From: Candidatus Binatia bacterium
GTDB taxonomy: Bacteria > Desulfobacterota > Binatia > Bin18
Length of the DNA stretch: 64,000 nt
Direction: 5' to 3'
Assembly: GCA_963666315.2 (NCBI GenBank)
Contig: CAXXHG010000043.1
Location: 695,375-759,374, forward strand
Shown piece after piece: positions 18,771-28,729 of this stretch (the first letter of the stretch is position 1; every line of letters starts with the position of its first letter). The notes beneath the pieces are model-generated. The model was not told the DNA's origin. It made no database searches and worked only from the letters and a program-made list of their open reading frames with translations. A program made the translations under genes and the position numbers.

Positions 18771-19991
18771 TCAAACCGGACCGCTGCGCAGAATCTCCTT
18801 ACGCTCTAACTCCTGCACCTCGTCTGTCGTATAACCGAGCCACTGTGTCAGGATCTCGGCGTTATGCTCGCCCAGCGTCGGGGCCTGCAGATCCAGGGTA
18901 TCCGGAAATTCCGAAAACCGCAGCGCGAAGCCCGGTACGTCGAGATCTCCGAGTATGCGATCATGCACAGTCCGGACCGTTCCGCGTTGGCGCAAGTGCA
19001 GATGCTGCAGCGCCTCGGACACTGACAGAATCGGCGCGACCGGCACGTGATGCGCCTTGAGCGTCTCCATCGCCGCATCATCACTCAGCTGGGAGCGGAT
19101 CCAGCCCTCGATAATCGCCACCAGCTCATCCAGGTTGTTCATCCGCGCTTCATTGTCGGTAAATCGTGGGTCTCGCGCCATTTCCGGCTGCCCCATCGCC
19201 TGACACAGCTTCGTCCAATGCTGCTCTAAGGGCGCGATGAGGATGATATAGCGCTCGCGCCCCTTGAACACTCCGGCTGGAGACGCGTACCACGAATGCG
19301 CCCCGGAGCGTGTCGGATTTATCTTTCCTTTGCTCAGACTGTACATCTGGAAGCTGGCTTCATGGTAATGCGCGTAGGTGTCGAGCAGTGAGAGGTCTAA
19401 GCGCTGCCCGCGCCCGGTGCGCTCGCGGTATAACAGCGCGGCGCAGATCGCACCCATCGCATGCGCTCCGGTTGAGACGTCGCCCATCGCCACCATCGGA
19501 AACATGGGTGGTCCGTCCCTCTCGCCGCCCATCGACGTAATCCCCGAGTAGGCCGCTCCCACCCAGTCGAAGCCGGGCTCATGCGCCAGCGGTCCTGTCT
19601 GCCCAAAGGCGGAAATCGAGCACATGACCAGCCGCGGATTGATCTTGCGCACCACGTCGTAGCCGAGTCCCAGCCGCCCGATCACTCCCGGGGCGTAGTT
19701 CTCCACCAGCACATCGACTTTCTCGACGAGTCCTTTGAGGATGCTGAGCCCCTCGGGTGTCTTGGCATCAAGGCACAAGTCCTTCTTGCCGCGATTGTGT
19801 TGGACAAAATAGCCGCTGCGTCCGTCGATCACGACTGGGCCGACACGCGCGCCATCGCCCGCCGGAGCCAGTTCGACCTTGATTACCGCGGCCCCCATTT
19901 CGGCCAGCATCAACGTGCACGTCGGGCCTGCCACAATCTGTGAGAAGTCCAGCACTTTGTAGCCATCGAGTACATGTTTCGGCTGACTCAT
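18771..19991 (-). CDS. CaiB/BaiF family CoA-transferase
   Basis: VLDFSQIVAGP, GAAVIKVE, NRGKK, VENYAPG, APTLGEH. Confidence 0.92.
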   Translation of the reverse strand: MSQPKHVLDGYKVLDFSQIVAGPTCTLMLAEMGAAVIKVELAPAGDGARVGPVVIDGRSGYFVQHNRGKKDLCLDAKTPEGLSILKGLVEKVDVLVENYAPGVIGRLGLGYDVVRKINPRLVMCSISAFGQTGPLAHEPGFDWVGAAYSGITSMGGERDGPPMFPMVAMGDVSTGAHAMGAICAALLYRERTGRGQRLDLSLLDTYAHYHEASFQMYSLSKGKINPTRSGAHSWYASPAGVFKGRERYIILIAPLEQHWTKLCQAMGQPEMARDPRFTDNEARMNNLDELVAIIEGWIRSQLSDDAAMETLKAHHVPVAPILSVSEALQHLHLRQRGTVRTVHDRILGDLDVPGFALRFSEFPDTLDLQAPTLGEHNAEILTQWLGYTTDEVQELERKEILRSGPV

Positions 19992-20053
19992 TACGACCCC
20001 CCAACTTCTACACCGCTATTAAGTGCTACTTCGGTCCAGGTCTTTTGGGCCAT
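19991..20053 (-). pseudogene. 20-codon mini-ORF, probable 5' remnant of a BKACE/DUF849-like gene
   Basis: Strong RBS AAGGAGG, MAQKTWTEVALNSGVEVGGS*, TAATG overlap with the CoA-transferase start. Confidence 0.45.
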
Positions 20054-20205
20054 AGCTCCCTCCTTGTTGTACTCGAGGCTCACTGGTACCACATCGACCC
20101 GCAGGCCTCCAAGCGTCTAACCAAACGTCTAGCCCAGCATTTAGCATGGACACTGCGCCGCTTCCAACAGAGATTGGGTGGCCCGAATGGGCGGGGAGGA
20201 AGGTC

Positions 20206-20811
20206 CTACTTCGGATGTGACGTTGCGCAATCGAACACACGTATTAACCGGGCCAGCCGTTTTCGGTACAGCGCGGGGGCTTTCCCATCCTCTTTTGCTC
20301 CTCTCGAGGCAGCGACTAGGAGATCTGCCGCTGAGGAAGCAGTCAAGCCAGCTTTCTTGAGGTTGAGCTCCCCCTGGCGCGCTGCCTCCTGTAAGACCCG
20401 AGCGAGGGTCCGTGCAAAACGTTCGGTTTCTTCACGATAGACGTCCGCGGCCAGTCCCGACCCCGCCTGGATTATCTCATCTGCGTGAGGAGCGGCTACA
20501 ATCATCTCGAGCGGCTTCACCGACCAGGCCTCAAAAGCCGCAGTGATACGCTTCCAGACCGGACGGGCGCGTTGCAGCTCCACTTCTGCCGCCTGCAGAC
20601 AGGAAACGAGGAGAAAGCGCGCAAGAGCCAGAAAGATCGCCGACTTGTTCTCAAAATGCTCATACAAGGCGGGTCTCGAAATCTGGGCCAAGCGCGCAAT
20701 GTCCTCCATCCGCGTCCGGTCCAACCCGTACTGAAAGAAGCAGGTCTGGGCAGCCTCCAAAATCGCGGTGCATCGGCTTTCTATGCGTGTTTGTTCTCCA
20801 GTCTTGCTCAT
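20206..20811 (-). CDS. TetR/AcrR family regulator
   Basis: ILEAAQTCFFQYGLDRTRMEDIARLAQISRPALYEHFENK. Confidence 0.92.
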   Translation of the reverse strand: MSKTGEQTRIESRCTAILEAAQTCFFQYGLDRTRMEDIARLAQISRPALYEHFENKSAIFLALARFLLVSCLQAAEVELQRARPVWKRITAAFEAWSVKPLEMIVAAPHADEIIQAGSGLAADVYREETERFARTLARVLQEAARQGELNLKKAGLTASSAADLLVAASRGAKEDGKAPALYRKRLARLIRVFDCATSHPK

Positions 20812-20824
20812 GATCGAGACATCA

Positions 20825-20847
20825 TGACAGACCCTTCCAGTCTGTCA
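20825..20847. promoter_or_regulatory. Candidate TetR operator 1
   Basis: TGACAGAC-N7-GTCTGTCA perfect palindrome. Confidence 0.7.
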
Positions 20848-20918
20848 ATTTCCTCATCTCCTCGGCATCTCTGTAGGAGTATGGGACAAATTTTATTTCG
20901 TATGTAATAATAACTTGT

Positions 20919-20941
20919 TGACAAACTAAGTCAATTTGTCA
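20919..20941. promoter_or_regulatory. Candidate TetR operator 2, overlapping a TTGACA -35 box
   Basis: TGACAAAC-N7-ATTTGTCA, same TGACA-N13-TGTCA geometry. Confidence 0.7.
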
Positions 20942-20993
20942 AAATGTAACCCCAAGAGCTTAAGGAGATTCCAAAGCTGAAGGAGGAGTAATC

Positions 20994-21892
20994 ATGTCGT
21001 GGAGCGAAAAAGATGCTCCAGATCAAAGCGGACGCATTGCGATTGTTACTGGAGCGAATAGTGGAATCGGACTGGAAACTGTCCGTGTTCTCGCGCAGAA
21101 CGGCGCGCACGTTATCCTCGCTTGCCGCAATCAAGAAAAAGGCGAGGCTGCGTGTGCGGATATTATGACGTGCGCGCTACAGGGAAAGGTCGAATTTCAA
21201 CCTCTCGACCTGGCCAGCTTGGAGTCGGTTAAAACTTTCGCTGAGGACTTTAGCGCTGCCCATCAACGCCTTGATCTCCTGATCAACAACGCCGGTCTCA
21301 TGATGCCGCCCTTCAGTAGAACTGTAGATGGTTTCGAAACCCAATTTGGCACGAATCATCTCGGCCACTTGGCGTTGACCGGTCGCCTGCTGCAAACAGT
21401 GCTTCAGACTGCGGGTTCACGAGTCGTGACAGTGAGCAGCCTCGCACACCGCTACGGACCGATCAATTTTCGGAAGCCGAACACAGAGAAGGGCTACTCG
21501 CCAATCAAAGCCTACGGGTATAGTAAGCTCACGAATTTGCTGTTCATGCGAGAGCTGCAGCGGCGTTGTACCCAAGAGTCAAACTCCACGCTCTCCGTAG
21601 CAGCCCATCCTGGGTCGAGGAGAACCAATCTCCAGCAGTACTCAGCTCTGTTTCGGTGGAGTATGAAACTCCCATTCTTAGCGTAAGAGTCTGCCGCATG
21701 TGCGCTGCCTACCCTGTATGCGGCGACGGCTTAGGATGTCTCTGGTGGCGACTATTATGGTCCTCACGGTTGGTTTGAGTTAACTGGCCCTCCCGGCAAA
21801 GCGTATATGAGAAACATGCTCGTAACGACGAAAACGCCCAGAAAATCTGGGAACTGTCGGAGTAGCTCACCGGTGTGACGTATGCGCTCTAG
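20994..21892 (+). pseudogene. SDR (retinol dehydrogenase-like) pseudogene
   Basis: TGANSGIG, NNAG, YGYSK; homology continues past TAA 21684 and TAG 21732 (ALPTLYAAT, GGDYYGP), a frameshift near 21810 and TAG 21863 (IWELSE*LTG). Confidence 0.85.
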
Positions 21893-21908
21893 CTGCTAAG
21901 GAGAACCT

Positions 21909-23087
21909 ATGCAGTACCATCCGGCGGCGCCTGAGGTGAAAGCGAATCCGTATCCGTATTACGCCTATCTGCGGGCGCATGCGCCGGTGTACCACCTCAA
22001 GGACCTGGGCTGGTGGGCCATTAGTCGCTATGCCGATGTGGACTTTATCCTCAAGAACCCCAAGCTCTTTTCGTCGGCCACCATGTTCGCGTCGTTCTTC
22101 GGTGATATGGACCCAGTGCCGGACGCCCCCTCGTTGATCGCCTCGGACCCACCCGTGCACACCCGCCTGCGCAAGCTGGTGAACAAAGGGTTTACCCCCA
22201 AGCTCATTCGCGCCATGGAACTCCACATACGGACCATCACCCAGGATCTCTTCGCCCTGGTGGCCGGACAGACCGACATCGATTTCGTGCGCGATCTCGC
22301 TCTGCCCCTACCGGTGATTGTGATCGCCGAGATGCTGGGCGTCCCGCCCCAGGAACGCGCGGACTTTAGACGCTGGTCCGACGACCTCATTGCCGCGGCC
22401 AACCCGCCCCATTCGCCCGAAGAAAAGCAGCGCATTCAAGCTAGCATGGCCGAGTTCCGGGCCTATTTCGAGGCCGCGATTGCGGCCCGTCGTACCGCCC
22501 CGAGCGACGACGTGATTAGCACCCTGATCAAAGCCGAGGAAGAGAACCAGATACTGACCGCTGGCGAGATCTTGAGTTTGGCCGTACTGCTGCTGTTTGC
22601 CGGCAATGAAACCACGACCAACCTGCTGGGGAATACGATGTTGGCCTTACTCAGCCACCCCGATCAATTGGCGGCAGTTCAGGCCGACCACAGCTTAATT
22701 CCAAATGTGGTCGAGGAAACGCTGCGCTATGATGCGCCCGTAGTGGGTCTCCTCCGCCAGGCCACGGAAGACGTGGAACTGTCGGGCACGACGATTTCGG
22801 CTGGGGCGATGGTCCTGCCGTTATTTGCCTCGGCGAATCATGATGAAACCCGATTCCCCGACCCCGAGCGGTTTGATATTACGCGCAACGCCGGGGGGCA
22901 TCTGGCCTTTGGCTATGGCATTCATTTCTGTTTGGGGGCGCCGCTGGCGCGGCTCGAGTCTATTGTGGCGCTCCAAGAATTGTTTACCCGGTATGCCTCG
23001 ATCCAGCGCGCGGACGACAGACTCGATCGGGTGAATGCGATGCTCCTGCGCGGGCTGAAAAGCCTACCGTTGGTGGTCGGTTCATGA
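21909..23087 (+). CDS. Cytochrome P450
   Basis: DPPVHTRLR, AGNETT, EETLR, FGYGIHFCLG. Confidence 0.95.
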   Translation: MQYHPAAPEVKANPYPYYAYLRAHAPVYHLKDLGWWAISRYADVDFILKNPKLFSSATMFASFFGDMDPVPDAPSLIASDPPVHTRLRKLVNKGFTPKLIRAMELHIRTITQDLFALVAGQTDIDFVRDLALPLPVIVIAEMLGVPPQERADFRRWSDDLIAAANPPHSPEEKQRIQASMAEFRAYFEAAIAARRTAPSDDVISTLIKAEEENQILTAGEILSLAVLLLFAGNETTTNLLGNTMLALLSHPDQLAAVQADHSLIPNVVEETLRYDAPVVGLLRQATEDVELSGTTISAGAMVLPLFASANHDETRFPDPERFDITRNAGGHLAFGYGIHFCLGAPLARLESIVALQELFTRYASIQRADDRLDRVNAMLLRGLKSLPLVVGS

Positions 23088-23135
23088 GGGTGCGTACGGA
23101 ACCTCTATAAAGAAATAAAACAGAAGGAGGAAGAT

Positions 23136-24263
23136 ATGACCGGAGAATCGTATGCCCAACGCCTGCTATCGGCGGACTCCCATATCGTGGAGCCAGCAGA
23201 TCTGTGGCTGACTCGTATGGATAAAAAGTGGCGCGATATAGCGCCACGCATTGAGGCGCTGGACGAAAGCGGCGATTATATTATCATCGACGGCCTGCGT
23301 CCACGTCCTTTGGCATTTGAAGGCCCCATGGCGGATCTCAAAGCCCAAGGCATGGATATTCCCGCCCCTAAGGGCTTTAAGTATTCGGATAATCGCCCGG
23401 GGAGCTGGGACCCTCACGAACGACTAAAAGATCAGGATCTGGATGGGGTGTCCGGAGAAGTTATCTACCCTGGGGTGGGTCTGACCCTGGTGGGAGCGCC
23501 TGACGCCGAATACCTGTACGCCTGTTGCCGGGCGTATAACGATTGGCTGGTAGAATATTGCTCAGCCTATCCGGATCGACTCAAAGGTGTTGGCATGATT
23601 CCGTGTCGAGGCCCTATTGAGTGGGCCATTGAGGAAACTGAACGCTGCGCGAAGCTGGGCCTAGTCAGCGTTATGCTGCCAGCCTGGGTGGATGATCGTC
23701 CGTATAACCAACCGGACTGGGATCCCCTGTGGGCGGCCATGCAAGATATGAATCTTGTGGTCAGCATCCATATCGGAGGCCGCAATCCGTTTGGCCGCGC
23801 GCATGGTCCGGGTGCGGGCGGGATCATCGTCGGCATTGGCAAGTTGGAGATGAACGAGACCCTGCAACAGATTATCTGGGGCGGCGCGCCAGTCCGTTTT
23901 CCCAAGCTCAAATGGGCCTTGGTCGAAAGTGGTATTGGCTGGATTGGTGCATCCCTGGGTTTTATGGACCACTGGTGGAATGACCATAAGGGCTGGATGG
24001 AGCCGCGTCTGCCTGAGCCGCCCAGCACATATTTTCACCACCAGTTTTACGCCACCTTTGAAGACGACCGAGCCGGGGTACTGACCCGCGAACTCACAGG
24101 CGTGGAAAACTTGATGTGGGGTTCGGATTATCCGCACACCGAAGGGGTGTGGCCTTTCTCGCGCAAGAAGGTGGCGGATAATTTTGCCTCTATTCCAGAA
24201 GAAGACACACGTAAGATCGTTCACGATAACTGCGTCAAGCTATACGGCTTTCCAGCGCAGTAG
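23136..24263 (+). CDS. Amidohydrolase_2 family protein
   Basis: SADSHIVEP, YNDW, ESGIGW, WGSDYPH. Confidence 0.92.
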   Translation: MTGESYAQRLLSADSHIVEPADLWLTRMDKKWRDIAPRIEALDESGDYIIIDGLRPRPLAFEGPMADLKAQGMDIPAPKGFKYSDNRPGSWDPHERLKDQDLDGVSGEVIYPGVGLTLVGAPDAEYLYACCRAYNDWLVEYCSAYPDRLKGVGMIPCRGPIEWAIEETERCAKLGLVSVMLPAWVDDRPYNQPDWDPLWAAMQDMNLVVSIHIGGRNPFGRAHGPGAGGIIVGIGKLEMNETLQQIIWGGAPVRFPKLKWALVESGIGWIGASLGFMDHWWNDHKGWMEPRLPEPPSTYFHHQFYATFEDDRAGVLTRELTGVENLMWGSDYPHTEGVWPFSRKKVADNFASIPEEDTRKIVHDNCVKLYGFPAQ

Positions 24264-24540
24264 CGTTTGGGGGATAGGCGTTGGCCATTAGTCGCTATGG
24301 GGGAGTCTTGCTTGACTTTTCGCGCCAACTGACCCACTGCCTGATAATAGTTGTCGATGACCAGATTGATCCGCTGCCCAGGTCCAGCTGTGGCAATCGG
24401 TATATTCCACTCCGTGGCGATGTCACTCCGTGGCGATGCGTTCATCAATTTGTTACGGTTGTGAAAATTCAGCTCCAGTACAGTAAGATCCAAGTGATTT
24501 GCAAGTCATTGGAAGGACTACATACACGGAGGATTGCAAC

Positions 24541-26304
24541 ATGAGTGAAGCGCGGGAGAAGCCCCTGATCAACACCATGGACGGGCTCTCGAAGTCCAGG
24601 AAGCCGCAAGAGTATTACGACGGCATCAAACAGAAGTTCGCTGAGGAGCGCGACCTCAGGCTGAACTACCGACCGGAAGGCACGGCACAGTACACGTCCG
24701 ACCTCACCGGTTCGATGGCAACATACGAAATCGACACCTACGGCGGCGAGATCACCCCCCGCGATCCCATCAACGATACCGTCGAATGCCTGTTCATCGG
24801 AGGCGGGTTTTCTGCACTGCTCACCTCCGCCCGGCTGCGGAAGTATGGCGTCGAGAGCATCCGCATCGTGGAGCGAGGAGCAGACGTGGGCGGCACGTGG
24901 TACTGGAACCGCTACCCTGGTGTGGCCTGCGACGTGATAGCGTATGACTACTTGCCTCTGCTCGACGAGATGGACTACGTGCCTAAGGACCATTACGCCA
25001 AGGGCCCAGAGATCTTCGCCCACTGCCAGGCTATCGCCAAAAAGTACAACCTGTATGAATTAGCCGTCTTCCAAACAACGGTGACTTCCACTATATGGGA
25101 CGAAGAGGAAGAGATGTGGCACCTCACCACAGACCGAGGCGACCATATGAAGGCACGCTTCGTGATCTGCGCCAACGGCACCCTGTCCAAGCCTAAGCTG
25201 GCCAAGATTAGCGGCATGGAGTCCTTTCAAGGCCACTGGTTTCACACTTCACACTGGGACTATGATTACACAAAGGAAGATTTATCGGGCCTAGAAGACA
25301 AAGTCGTGGGCATCATCGGCACTGGGGCGACGGCAGTCCAGGCCGTGCCCGGCCTCGGCGCAGCGTCCAAGGAGTTATACGTATTCCAACGCACGCCGTC
25401 CTCGATTGACATCCGAGACGACTGGCCGACCGATCCCAACTGGGCGCGCAGGCTCAAGACCGGCTGGCAGGCCAAGCGGCGCGCGCGGGCGATGATGGGA
25501 CCGCAGTTGACCGAGGAACAAAAGGCGGCGCGGGCGAGCATGCCTCGTGAGGAGAAGATCAGGAGACAGGAGAATGCCAACATCGACTATATGATGCGGA
25601 TCCACAAACGCATCCATGAGGTCGTAAAGGACAAGGCCACGGCTGAGTCACTCAAGCCATGGTATATGTTCATGTGCAAACGCCCGTGTTTCCACAACGA
25701 CTACCTGCCGACGTTCAATCGGCCCAGCGTCCACCTGGTCGACACCAAAGGCAAAGGCATCACCCAGATCACCGAGCAGGGGCCGGTGTTCGACGGCAAA
25801 CAGTATGCACTCGACCTGCTCATCTATGCCACAGGTTTCGAGGTGCAGAAGACGGGCATTTACAACCAGATCAAAGGTGAGAGCGACCTCGACCTAAATG
25901 ATAAATACAGCGACGGCATCCGCACCCTGCTCGGCATCCACTCCCAGAGCTATCCCAATCTGTTCATCATGGGCGGCTACCAGGCGTCGTTTCAGTTTAA
26001 CCTGACCGACATGCTGCAATCACAAGGCGATCACATCTCGGCGTGCATCAACTACGTGCGCAGCCATGGCTATCATTCTATCGATGTCACGCCGGAGGCC
26101 GAGGAGTGGTGGGTGCAAGAAGTTATCCATCATCGCGGTAAGACCAGCCGTAACGAGGACTGCACCCCGGGCTATTACAATTTCGAGGGCGAGTTCCAGC
26201 GGCGCCAGGACGGCAACTACAACGGTGGCTTCCCCCAGTATGTCAGCCATATGAAAGACATCAAGACGGAAATGGAAAAGCACTTCGTCTTTACCACAAA
26301 GTAA
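24541..26304 (+). CDS. Baeyer-Villiger monooxygenase
   Basis: GGGFSA, GGTWYWNRYPG, fingerprint FQGHWFHTSHW, GTGATA, ATGF. Confidence 0.93.
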   Translation: MSEAREKPLINTMDGLSKSRKPQEYYDGIKQKFAEERDLRLNYRPEGTAQYTSDLTGSMATYEIDTYGGEITPRDPINDTVECLFIGGGFSALLTSARLRKYGVESIRIVERGADVGGTWYWNRYPGVACDVIAYDYLPLLDEMDYVPKDHYAKGPEIFAHCQAIAKKYNLYELAVFQTTVTSTIWDEEEEMWHLTTDRGDHMKARFVICANGTLSKPKLAKISGMESFQGHWFHTSHWDYDYTKEDLSGLEDKVVGIIGTGATAVQAVPGLGAASKELYVFQRTPSSIDIRDDWPTDPNWARRLKTGWQAKRRARAMMGPQLTEEQKAARASMPREEKIRRQENANIDYMMRIHKRIHEVVKDKATAESLKPWYMFMCKRPCFHNDYLPTFNRPSVHLVDTKGKGITQITEQGPVFDGKQYALDLLIYATGFEVQKTGIYNQIKGESDLDLNDKYSDGIRTLLGIHSQSYPNLFIMGGYQASFQFNLTDMLQSQGDHISACINYVRSHGYHSIDVTPEAEEWWVQEVIHHRGKTSRNEDCTPGYYNFEGEFQRRQDGNYNGGFPQYVSHMKDIKTEMEKHFVFTTK

Positions 26305-26382
26305 GCGGGAAGTGCGGGAGGGCAGTTCGATAGCATCTCCTCACTGTAGCGGCCCACCATACGATACATTAAGGAGGAACCT

Positions 26383-26709
26383 ATGGCTACATCATCGTCA
26401 ACATCAGCTCGGGAAAGGCTTCGTCCGGTTGTACCGAAGCTGATAGATCTCACGGAAAACGTTCTCTTTGGTGACGTATGGGAGCGTCCCGGACTCTCCA
26501 AGCGCGACCGCAGCCTGATCACTGTGGCAACCTTGGTGGCCCTCTACCGCCCCGAGCAGCTTCGCGTTCATCTCGCTCGCGCCCTCGACAATGGCGTGAC
26601 TAAAGACGAGATCAGCGAACTGATCACGCACTTGGCTTTTTACTCGGGCTGGCCGACCGCCATGTCGGCGGCAGGCTTGGCAAAAACCGTCTTCGAAGAG
26701 CAGGAGTAG
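26383..26709 (+). CDS. Carboxymuconolactone decarboxylase family protein
   Basis: LFGDVWERPGLSKRDRSLIT, HLAFYSGWP. Confidence 0.9.
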   Translation: MATSSSTSARERLRPVVPKLIDLTENVLFGDVWERPGLSKRDRSLITVATLVALYRPEQLRVHLARALDNGVTKDEISELITHLAFYSGWPTAMSAAGLAKTVFEEQE

Positions 26710-26754
26710 TACCACTAGCAAAGACCCGGTTTGGACCACACTATGGAGGCGAAC

Positions 26755-27699
26755 ATGCAGGTGGGCTTTGTTGGTCTTGGGACCATGGGCGCCAAGATGG
26801 CCTCGAATCTGCAGAAGGCCGGGTATCGCCTGGTCGTTCACGATTCGCGGCGTGACGCAGCGACACCTCATCTTACCGCAGGTGCGCTCTGGGCTGACAC
26901 ACCTGGGCAGGTCGCCGAGGCGACCGAGGTCGTGTTTACCTCCCTCCCTGGTCCGGCCGAAGTGGAGGCAGTTGCCTTAGGCGAGGATGGTCTCCTTGCC
27001 AACATACGTCCCGGCGGGGCATATTTCGATTTATCGACCAACTCACCGGCGGTTGTGCGCCGTATTCATGCCGCGTTCACCGAGCACCAGGCCCACATGC
27101 TGGATGCGCCGGTCAGTGGTGGCCCACGCGGTGCGGCTACGGGCAAGCTGGCAATCTGGGTGGGGGGCGAAGAGAGCATCTTTGACCGCTGCAAGCCGTT
27201 GCTCGACGCCATTGGTGACCAAGCCCGGTATGTGGGTCCGATAGGCGCGGCATGCGTGGCCAAGCTCGTTCATAACTGTGTAGGCTATATGCTGAATCGC
27301 GCAATGTCGGAAGCGTTCACCATGGGCGTCAAAGCCGGGGTAGAGCCGTTAGCCCTCTGGGAGGCCGTGCGTCAAGGCGCACTCGGACGTTCACGAACCT
27401 TTGATACGTTGATCAACCATTTCCTGCCCGGGACATACGACCCACCCGACTTTGCCCTGCGCCTTGCGCACAAGGACGTATCGCTTGCGACTGCCGTTGG
27501 CCGCGAGCTAAAGGTGCCCATGCCCATGGCGAACCTTGCCTTGGATGAGCTGACCGCGGCACTTAACCGCGGCTGGGGCGAGCGCGATTCTCGCGTGGCG
27601 ATGCTCCTGCAAGAAGAGCGTGCTGATGTGCAGATTGCAGTCGATCAGGATCGCATACACGAGGCATTGCAGCGTGATGCCAAGAAGCGCGACCTCTAG
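26755..27699 (+). CDS. 3-hydroxyisobutyrate dehydrogenase family oxidoreductase
   Basis: GFVGLGTMG, DAPVSGG, KLVHN, KD. Confidence 0.9.
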   Translation: MQVGFVGLGTMGAKMASNLQKAGYRLVVHDSRRDAATPHLTAGALWADTPGQVAEATEVVFTSLPGPAEVEAVALGEDGLLANIRPGGAYFDLSTNSPAVVRRIHAAFTEHQAHMLDAPVSGGPRGAATGKLAIWVGGEESIFDRCKPLLDAIGDQARYVGPIGAACVAKLVHNCVGYMLNRAMSEAFTMGVKAGVEPLALWEAVRQGALGRSRTFDTLINHFLPGTYDPPDFALRLAHKDVSLATAVGRELKVPMPMANLALDELTAALNRGWGERDSRVAMLLQEERADVQIAVDQDRIHEALQRDAKKRDL

Positions 27700-27874
27700 A
27701 GTCCGGGAGTCCGAGAGTCTTATGATGGCCCACGTTACAAAAGGTCACGACAGGTTTCGAGACGTGAGACGTTTTTACAGGGCAGACTGTGGTTGAAGCA
27801 AGAAGTAATCTTCATTAATTCGTAGCATGCCGTAACATGCGTATATCGGGGCTACGTCGATCAGGAGCAGGCTC

Positions 27875-28678
27875 ATGACTGAGAATCTGCCTGAATACAA
27901 GATTTTCGCAATCAGGTATGCCACCCGCGACGCGCGGCGAGCGGACCATTTTATCGGCGGCGACCCGCATGACGGACCCATGCCCATGGATTATTTTACC
28001 TGGGTCATTGTCGGGCCGGACCGTGTCTTTCTGGTTGACACCGGCTTCACTGCGGAAACGGCTGCCCGCCGGAAACGTACGTTCCTGCGCTGTCCGATCG
28101 AAAGCTTGCGGCATCTCGATATTGATCCGGATGCAGTCACCGATGTTATTCTGACGCATCTGCACTACGATCACGTTGGCAACTTCCATAAACTGCCACA
28201 CGCGCATTTCCATCTCCAGGAACGTGAACTCGCCTTTGCCACTGGACGCTATATACACTACCCCTACTTTGGCCACGCCTTCGAAGAGGAAGATATTGTC
28301 GGCGTGGTGCGGCTCAACTTCACGCGTCGGCTCGAATTGTACGAGGGTGACATCGACCTCGCCCCGGGGCTTACGCTGCATCTTGCTTCCGGCCATACGG
28401 CCGGGATGCAGATCGTGCGAGTTCATACGCAGCGGGGCTACGTTGTACTGGCCTCCGATGCGAGCCACTTTTACGAAAATCTGCAGAGGAACCGTCCCTT
28501 CATTTCCGCTGTGGACGTTGGGGCCATGCTGGATACCTTTCGCAAGGTCGAACGCCTTGCCGACTCACCCCGTCATATTGTCCCCGGTCATGATCCGCTT
28601 GTTATGCAACACTATCCGGCATTCTCTCCATCATTACAGGACATTGTGGTGCGTCTCGATGTCGATCCTGTGCAGTGA
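27875..28678 (+). CDS. N-acyl homoserine lactonase family metallo-beta-lactamase
   Basis: LVDTG, THLHYDHVG, GHTAG, LASDASH, PGHD. Confidence 0.9.
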   Translation: MTENLPEYKIFAIRYATRDARRADHFIGGDPHDGPMPMDYFTWVIVGPDRVFLVDTGFTAETAARRKRTFLRCPIESLRHLDIDPDAVTDVILTHLHYDHVGNFHKLPHAHFHLQERELAFATGRYIHYPYFGHAFEEEDIVGVVRLNFTRRLELYEGDIDLAPGLTLHLASGHTAGMQIVRVHTQRGYVVLASDASHFYENLQRNRPFISAVDVGAMLDTFRKVERLADSPRHIVPGHDPLVMQHYPAFSPSLQDIVVRLDVDPVQ

Positions 28679-28729
28679 CCCTCGCGGGCCATCACCCCAC
28701 AAGCGTTCACTTAATGTAAAGGAGGCTAC

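Noticed and set aside
22016-24299. 17-bp match GGCCATTAGTCGCTATG in the P450 and in the intergenic region near 24283
   Set aside because: One match of this length is plausible by chance in 64 kb and it does not extend.
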